The notes under the pieces are model-generated. The model was not told the origin of the DNA and did not search any database. It saw only the letters and a list, made by a program, of their open reading frames with translations. Of a stretch of DNA of 64,000 bases, positions 58,686 to 64,000 are shown one piece after another; the first letter of the stretch is position 1; every line of letters begins with the position of its first letter. The stretch is taken from the IMG/VR virus record IMGVR_UViG_3300028603_000003; one strand, written 5' to 3'. A program made the position numbers and the translations under genes. The DNA comes from a virus (Duplodnaviria; Heunggongvirae; Uroviricota; Caudoviricetes).

Positions 58686-59447
58686 ATGGCAATCGATTTA
58701 GACATAGATTCAATCACCAGCGTCGGCGATCTTTCTTCTGCCATTAGCTCGACCCTAAGCCCTCAGATTTCAAGCTTCTCGGAAGAAGTATCTGGCGGAT
58801 TGGGGGAGCTTGTCATGGGAGCAGGAGGAAATTGCGACATATTTGGTGGCGCAATGGGGATGGCTAGAAGTGCCTCCGAAGGATTCAGAAGCAATTTTAA
58901 AGAATTAACCAAGAACGTTCAAGGGGCATTCGCAACTGTTGCAACTTTGGCTGGAACAATGATCAAAGCGGTTTCAGGTACACTTGGGCTAGTGCAACAA
59001 AAGCTATCAGAATTTTCCGCGTGGCTATCAACACAAGCAGAATCTGTGCTAAACTCAGCTAAGAGTGTTTTGAACTCTCTAAAGTCTGTTGTAAATAGTT
59101 CTTTCTCCGCAGTGGCCTCTGCTATGGCTTCGTGCATTTCTTTCCTACCAGAAATAAAAAACAAGATGCTTGAAGCTGTGTCTGCCATTCCAGTTAGAAG
59201 TTGCTCTCCCATTGCTGGAGCAATCGGAAACATTGGTTTTGGTGCAGGCATTGATTCTGTTGTTAGTCTTGTGACTGAACCGAATGTTGGAAAATTTTCG
59301 GAAATTGCCTTGAGTGGTTTGACTGGAAGTTTGGAAGGAATTTATACTTCAGTCAACGACATCGTCGGCGACATTCCAGACCCAAACAACACTAACAGCC
59401 AATTGTCGTCTATCATGGCGAACATTGACTCGTTGATGGGAGCTTGA
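58686..59447 (+). CDS. hypothetical Ser/Ala/Gly-rich repetitive protein
   Basis: SVLNSAKSVLNSLKSVVNS repeats. Confidence 0.4.
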   Translation: MAIDLDIDSITSVGDLSSAISSTLSPQISSFSEEVSGGLGELVMGAGGNCDIFGGAMGMARSASEGFRSNFKELTKNVQGAFATVATLAGTMIKAVSGTLGLVQQKLSEFSAWLSTQAESVLNSAKSVLNSLKSVVNSSFSAVASAMASCISFLPEIKNKMLEAVSAIPVRSCSPIAGAIGNIGFGAGIDSVVSLVTEPNVGKFSEIALSGLTGSLEGIYTSVNDIVGDIPDPNNTNSQLSSIMANIDSLMGA

Positions 59448-59448
59448 C

Positions 59449-59739
59449 GTGCGAGGCATAGCTAGACTCGGGGACGCCACACAAGGAATCTGCTACTGTC
59501 ATGACAGTCCGATAAATGTAAGCGGAAAGATCATAACAGCTTCAGAGGATCACTTTACTAACGGCAGAGGGACCGCCAGACTTGGAGACTTGGTCATGGC
59601 TGATTGTGGTCACACTGGAAGAATCATTTCCGCCAAAGAAAATGAATTTGTCAACGGACGTGGAGTGGCTAGACTAGCAGATCAGTTTGAAGGATGTTAC
59701 AAAGGAAAAATAATTTCTGCATCAGAGGACACATTTTAA
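59449..59739 (+). CDS. PAAR-repeat protein (gp5.4-like spike tip)
   Basis: Three repeats of ARLGD / GRGTARLGD / GRGVARLAD, about 96 aa like T4 gp5.4. GTG start. Confidence 0.6.
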   Translation: MRGIARLGDATQGICYCHDSPINVSGKIITASEDHFTNGRGTARLGDLVMADCGHTGRIISAKENEFVNGRGVARLADQFEGCYKGKIISASEDTF

Positions 59740-59776
59740 AAAGGGGCTTGACGGCCCCTTTTTCTTTTGGTACAAT
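59739..59776 (+). promoter_or_regulatory. PeSL-like cassette copy 5
   Basis: Identical to copy 2 and followed by cctctCCATCAACTAgac. Coordinates approximate (plus or minus 1). Confidence 0.6.
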
Positions 59777-59811
59777 CCTCTCCATCAACTAGACAAACGA
59801 GGAAACACAAA

Positions 59812-60081
59812 ATGAATCGCAACATCAACTCCAAGTATTCTCGCATGGACGATGACATTCGCATGAATGTGTCTGATCGCATTAATTGTACTGGCTGGCA
59901 CGTCCTTGCGCGCAACATCGAGCTTCGTCCTGAATTTGGGATGTTCGATTTTAGTGTCGTTCCCCTCGACGCTCCCGACTCAATTTCTGCTGGAGCCAGC
60001 CGCAAAGGTGGAGTTTATGTCGGGTACAAGCCCACCGGGCAGCATCTCAACCGCGAATTTAGTTTTAACCGGAGGTTTTAA
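59812..60081 (+). CDS. hypothetical protein
   Basis: First ORF after cassette copy 5. Confidence 0.4.
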   Translation: MNRNINSKYSRMDDDIRMNVSDRINCTGWHVLARNIELRPEFGMFDFSVVPLDAPDSISAGASRKGGVYVGYKPTGQHLNREFSFNRRF

Positions 60082-60269
60082 TGTACAAGTATTTTGACTT
60101 TAAGTGTGGCGAGTGCGAACACGAATTCGAACGAATGGTGAAGGGCGATTCTTTGCCGAAGTATTGCCCTGAGTGTGGAGCAGAAAAGGTTGTGAAGGTT
60201 CCCTCTCGGGCTGGAGCTTTGAAGTTCAAGGGAATCGCAGCAACATCAACTATGCGAATCGAGGACTAA
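60081..60269 (+). CDS. FmdB-like zinc-ribbon protein
   Basis: FKCGECEHEFE...CPECG. Confidence 0.45.
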   Translation: MYKYFDFKCGECEHEFERMVKGDSLPKYCPECGAEKVVKVPSRAGALKFKGIAATSTMRIED

Positions 60270-60272
60270 AGT

Positions 60273-60581
60273 ATGCCTTACTTTTTTGTTTTAATTGGCG
60301 TTTTCGTGACCTTCTTTGGGATTGATTCTCCCAACACGGGCGGTCAAGGGCATCTTTATGTTGTCACATTGCAAATTCTCGCAATATTCTATCTCGTCTG
60401 TGCAACCTACTTTGTAGTCTACGATTTTCATTTGGATGCGACTTTTGCTTCCGAAACTCAGATTTTCCACCAATACCTTGAAGAATCTCAAGAAGCAACA
60501 GACAAAGAAGATTTTGAACGCTGTGCTGTGTTAGCAGAAGCATACGATAAATTTGCGATTAGCCGAGGGAGGATGTTTTGA
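60273..60581 (+). CDS. membrane protein
   Basis: Two TM segments. Confidence 0.35.
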   Translation: MPYFFVLIGVFVTFFGIDSPNTGGQGHLYVVTLQILAIFYLVCATYFVVYDFHLDATFASETQIFHQYLEESQEATDKEDFERCAVLAEAYDKFAISRGRMF

Positions 60582-60916
60582 TGTTCAAACTTTTTGAGAA
60601 GTTGGCAAATCGCCTCAACAAAAATACGCCAGAAGAATTCGGCGTGTCTTATTCGCCACCGGAAAAATCGAGAGTATACACTCTCAAAGAATTTTTGGTT
60701 GTTCTGCGAAACGGAGAAAAGATTACAGTATTTTCTCATTGCTTTGACGTGCAGTATGGAAAAAAGCAAGATGTCATGTTTTGGCTTGTTGATAAGCATG
60801 GCTTTCGAGATATTGGGGTTGCGTACTTCCGCCTAGATGATGTACACTACATCCTAGATGAAGGCATGCGCGAAGCTTACACTGTAAACGAAAAGGACGA
60901 AGAAAATGCTGGTTGA
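60578..60916 (+). CDS. hypothetical protein
   Basis: ORF only. Confidence 0.35.
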   Translation: MMFKLFEKLANRLNKNTPEEFGVSYSPPEKSRVYTLKEFLVVLRNGEKITVFSHCFDVQYGKKQDVMFWLVDKHGFRDIGVAYFRLDDVHYILDEGMREAYTVNEKDEENAG

Positions 60917-61226
60917 TCTGTTTGGCACGAACGACCGTGGAACGGTAAAGGAATACGACGGGCTGGCGTTTGACATTACTGAAGACGGTCTGTATGCGCT
61001 CTCAGCCGAGATTGTGGTGCTGGCTGAAGAGTACAACATCTTCCGAATTTATGTCTGGCTTGACGATGGAGAATCTGTTAACCTGTCGCTGGTAGAAAAA
61101 GTCAAGGACATTGTTTTGGAGGAATGCGACAAGCCTCTTGATGTCATGATCGTTCCGAGCGGAGAAGATTTCGCACCCGAAGAAAAATACATTGTCGAAG
61201 ATAAAAAACTTGTGAAGGTGTATTGA
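60906..61226 (+). CDS. hypothetical acidic protein
   Basis: ORF only. Confidence 0.35.
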   Translation: MLVDLFGTNDRGTVKEYDGLAFDITEDGLYALSAEIVVLAEEYNIFRIYVWLDDGESVNLSLVEKVKDIVLEECDKPLDVMIVPSGEDFAPEEKYIVEDKKLVKVY

Positions 61227-61251
61227 CAGGTCTGGTGATACAAGATACAAT
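61223..61251 (+). promoter_or_regulatory. sigma70 promoter TTGACA-N17-TACAAT
   Basis: Hexamers and spacer. Confidence 0.5.
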
Positions 61252-61277
61252 ACAGCCTAACTTGATCGGAGATTAAC

Positions 61278-61556
61278 ATGGCAAAGAAAATCACTGTAGA
61301 CGAAATCAAGGCTTACATGAAAAACCTTGGCTACGTTGAAGATCGATATGGCAATCTCCGCAAAGAGGCTGGCGGAAAGATTTACCGATTCAAATTCCAA
61401 GATATCAGTGTTCGTTTCGAGCATGGATATCACTCTGAGATTGACGGCAAGCTGAAGTGGGTCAAGGTTGGTGGTGACTACTTCAAAAACATTCGCTGGC
61501 ACGAAGACGGTCGCTTGATCATCGGCAGCAAGATTTTTCGAAAAGGGGCAGCGTGA
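61278..61556 (+). CDS. hypothetical protein
   Basis: ORF only. Confidence 0.35.
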   Translation: MAKKITVDEIKAYMKNLGYVEDRYGNLRKEAGGKIYRFKFQDISVRFEHGYHSEIDGKLKWVKVGGDYFKNIRWHEDGRLIIGSKIFRKGAA

Positions 61557-61756
61557 TGGATAAAGTTTCTTTGGCTCAGAGTTTGGGGCTTGAATATTGC
61601 GGATACGAGACAAATTATCGAGAGTTCGATTTTCACGGAGAAAAGATTAAAGTTTTTGAATGGCAAGCAGAAACCATTTCCGAAGCTTTTGAGTTTGCTT
61701 CTGAACGGGTTTTAGAAGCTCTTGTTAACTCCATCAAACAAAATCTTAAGGGATAA
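61553..61756 (+). CDS. hypothetical protein
   Basis: ORF only. Confidence 0.3.
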   Translation: MMDKVSLAQSLGLEYCGYETNYREFDFHGEKIKVFEWQAETISEAFEFASERVLEALVNSIKQNLKG

Positions 61757-61760
61757 CATT

Positions 61761-62108
61761 ATGGCTCTGTCTTACGCAAAGAAGCGGGAAAAACTTCAAG
61801 ACTTCATGTGGTCTACGAAGAAAGAATACCACAAGCCGAAAGTTCTCGGCAGTCTTTGTCTGACTTACGATGTACTTGGGAGTCACCGCACTGCCATCCG
61901 TAGCTTGGATGGCGAAACACACATCTATCTGATTCATTGGGAAAAGCATCGCCCCAAGTTCAAACAAAAGAAATGCAAGGACGGAAAGACTGTAAGCAAG
62001 CGCATCAAGGACGGCTATTGGGTCATGAAGACCTACCGATTCCCTCGCGACCGCGTGCTGTCGTGCAAACAACACACCCGACACTTTGACATTGTTTTGA
62101 AGTATTGA
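61761..62108 (+). CDS. hypothetical basic protein
   Basis: ORF only. Confidence 0.35.
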   Translation: MALSYAKKREKLQDFMWSTKKEYHKPKVLGSLCLTYDVLGSHRTAIRSLDGETHIYLIHWEKHRPKFKQKKCKDGKTVSKRIKDGYWVMKTYRFPRDRVLSCKQHTRHFDIVLKY

Positions 62109-62117
62109 CACAAACTA

Positions 62118-62671
62118 TGAACATCAAAAAAGAAGTTTCTGCCGCAATGGACATGATTCGAGTGGAACATCTTGGAGTGTTCCCAGAAATTATGGTGGAA
62201 GAAGCCAAGGAATTAGTTCAACTTCATGAAAAAAGAGCAGAAGGATTGCGCGCAATCGCTGGACCTCTTAAAAAGTTCAGAAAGACTTTTGTGCGGGCAT
62301 TGGCTTCTTCCTCCGAAAAAACTAAGCATAGACGGAAGCTCGAAGCGAGCAGAGTAGCACGTCGCGCACATGGTCTAGATGCCTATTCAGAATATTGCAC
62401 AGCAACATACAATGTCAGTAAGTTCAGAGACATTGGAAAACTCATTTCTCTGCGCCAATCTGGAATGCTAGAATTGATGTTACACAAAAATTTCGATGAA
62501 GTTTATTCTTTGATGACGCTTCTTCGAAAACAAAAAGTGGGCGACTTCGAAGGCAGACAAAATCCAGATATGGAGCGACTATACAGAAAGTTTAATTTTA
62601 ACATTGTTGGTGACGAATATTTGCTTGAGGTTCTAGCCAAGCAACTTCAACTCTTATCAAAAAGTCGTTGA
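62118..62671 (+). CDS. hypothetical protein
   Basis: ORF only. Confidence 0.4.
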
Positions 62672-62696
62672 CTGCTATTGGAAGTTGCGTTATAAT
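62668..62696 (+). promoter_or_regulatory. consensus sigma70 promoter TTGACT-N17-TATAAT
   Basis: Followed by cctttCCATCAgtTAacg. Confidence 0.5.
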
Positions 62697-62731
62697 CCTT
62701 TCCATCAGTTAACGACTTAGAGGTACTTGTG

Positions 62732-63523
62732 ATGAATGGCGACATGGAACTCAAGAACGTTTTTATCTCTACGGGTGAAAAGTTCGGATTCTACACTCTT
62801 CGCGGAACCTATCTCGTGAAGATTTGCTGGAAAGGCGAAACTCGGATCATCCAGAAAGATTACTTCTTTCGCAATCTTTCGACTGACAAGGCGAAAGCAG
62901 AAACCCTCGCCCAAGAATACGCCGAACACTATGGCGTCCCTTTTGTGGGCAACGCAGACTTTACGCTCGAAGAGATTCAGCGCCGCAAGGCAGAAGAGGA
63001 TCGGGAGCACAAAGAACGCATCGAGCGTCTTGTTCGGGAAGCTGAAGAGCGGGCCAAAGAAGAATACGCTCGTGTCGTCCAAGAGGGCGTGTTTGTTACC
63101 GGAAAGTATCTTGGCATGACCCCTTCGGAGGTTGATGTCGTTAATCGCAAGTATCTTTTCTGGGCCGCTGAGCAGTTCATCGAAGGGCTGCACGCCAACA
63201 AGTTTAACGTCAACTGTGCACTGGCAAAGAAGTATCTTGAAGAAAACAACATCCAACCTAGCGATTTCGTTGGTGTAGAGGGAGAACAAATTGAACTGAC
63301 CTTGACTCTGCGCGAAGCTTACTGGACTCGCGGCCAGTTTCCTTCTATTCAGTTCCTTTGCTTTGACGAGAACGGAAATGACGTTTGCTTCTTCTCTACG
63401 GCAAAGGGATTCAAAGCCTTGAAGAACGGTGAGAAGTTTTCCATCCGTGGCTTGGTGAAGCAGCACTACACCAACTGGAAAGGTGAGAAGTCCACCACGA
63501 TCAACAAACCTAAGATGATTTGA
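62732..63523 (+). CDS. hypothetical protein
   Basis: + strand ORF directly after the promoter. Preferred over the antisense ORF 62717..63466. Confidence 0.45.
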   Translation: MNGDMELKNVFISTGEKFGFYTLRGTYLVKICWKGETRIIQKDYFFRNLSTDKAKAETLAQEYAEHYGVPFVGNADFTLEEIQRRKAEEDREHKERIERLVREAEERAKEEYARVVQEGVFVTGKYLGMTPSEVDVVNRKYLFWAAEQFIEGLHANKFNVNCALAKKYLEENNIQPSDFVGVEGEQIELTLTLREAYWTRGQFPSIQFLCFDENGNDVCFFSTAKGFKALKNGEKFSIRGLVKQHYTNWKGEKSTTINKPKMI

Positions 63524-63530
63524 GGAAAAT

Positions 63531-63797
63531 ATGGAAAACGAAAATATGCGGGATGTGGTACTGGAGTCTAGCTACAACTCATACGACTCTGGAACTGGAG
63601 TCGAAGCTTCTATCGGCGATCCGGTCGAAATTTTAAATGTGAATTCAGATCAACTCCAAGGAAAGCGAGGGTTTATTGTGGGGTGGGCAACCTCCGACAA
63701 GTACATTGCAATTGTGTTGTTTGATTCTAAGTTAGAGTCTGGAGAGCTAGCGGTATGCGTCCCTGTACCTTGTTTGAGGCTGCTGGTTCAACCATGA
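63531..63797 (+). CDS. hypothetical protein
   Basis: ORF only. Confidence 0.35.
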   Translation: MENENMRDVVLESSYNSYDSGTGVEASIGDPVEILNVNSDQLQGKRGFIVGWATSDKYIAIVLFDSKLESGELAVCVPVPCLRLLVQP

Positions 63798-64000
63798 AGA
63801 CATACTATCGACTTCGAGATTACTATACGAACTATGGAACAACCATAGAACTAGAAAAGTTTTATGTGGTAAAAGAAACTCCTTGCGGAGTATGGGTCAA
63901 AAGTCAATATGCACCACAGTGGTACAGCTACGAAGATTTGAAGAAACACCGTTATCTGAAGTGGGTGCACAACACCGCAACAAAAAAGCACTGCTATCCA
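63792..64000 (+). CDS. hypothetical protein, 3' end outside window
   Basis: ATG overlaps the upstream TGA. Open to the window end. Confidence 0.3.

Noticed and set aside
1-64000. tRNA genes and CRISPR arrays.
   Set aside because: No cloverleaf-compatible 70-90 nt segments or regularly spaced direct repeats were recognised by eye in intergenic regions. A tRNAscan run would be needed to be sure.

Overview
This window looks like a replication and nucleotide-metabolism region of a T4-like (Tevenvirinae-type) myophage. It sits next to a long 'hyperplastic' early region of small genes, almost all on the + strand.

Recognisable T4-core genes:
- DNA ligase (gene 30 homolog, 5'-truncated at the window edge)
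- gp59 helicase loader, gp32 single-stranded DNA-binding protein (SSB), RNase H
- gp61 primase
- gp45 sliding clamp, gp44 clamp loader, a divergent gp62, RegA
- dCMP deaminase
- a MazG-like NTP pyrophosphohydrolase
- a thioredoxin
- an Rnl-type RNA ligase
- a PAAR spike-tip protein

Lysis functions:
- a GH19 endolysin
- an overlapped i-spanin/o-spanin pair
- a SleB-like secreted cell-wall hydrolase

Other assignable genes:
- Nudix hydrolase
- small heat-shock protein
- SprT-like protease
- SPFH lipoprotein
- glyoxalase-like protein
- metallophosphoesterase
- two HNH and one GIY-YIG homing-endonuclease-type ORFs

Ribonucleotide reductase (RNR). The catalytic-subunit gene is invaded twice. An in-frame LAGLIDADG intein sits at the first active-site cysteine. 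A group I intron carrying an HNH ORF splits the NPCG|E radical-site motif.

Putative capsid-targeted enzymes (6.4-16.8 kb). Four large enzymes share a T4 CTS-like N-terminal decapeptide M-x-F-K-x-F-[ILV]-[ST]-E: amidoligase-like protein 1, a KxDG ligase-like protein, a HIGH-nucleotidyltransferase fusion, and a 479-aa protein at 53.4 kb. Amidoligase-like paralog 2 lies in the same cluster but has a different N-terminus. These four may be capsid-targeted, injected enzymes.

The early region from 27.7 kb. It is punctuated by consensus sigma70 promoters (TTGACA-N17-TATAAT). This includes five identical hairpin-plus-promoter cassettes resembling PeSL elements. A conserved CCATCAACTA leader motif follows many of the -10 boxes.

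Limits. Coordinates for regulatory elements were derived by eye and may be off by 1-2 nt. No tRNA or CRISPR was recognised.
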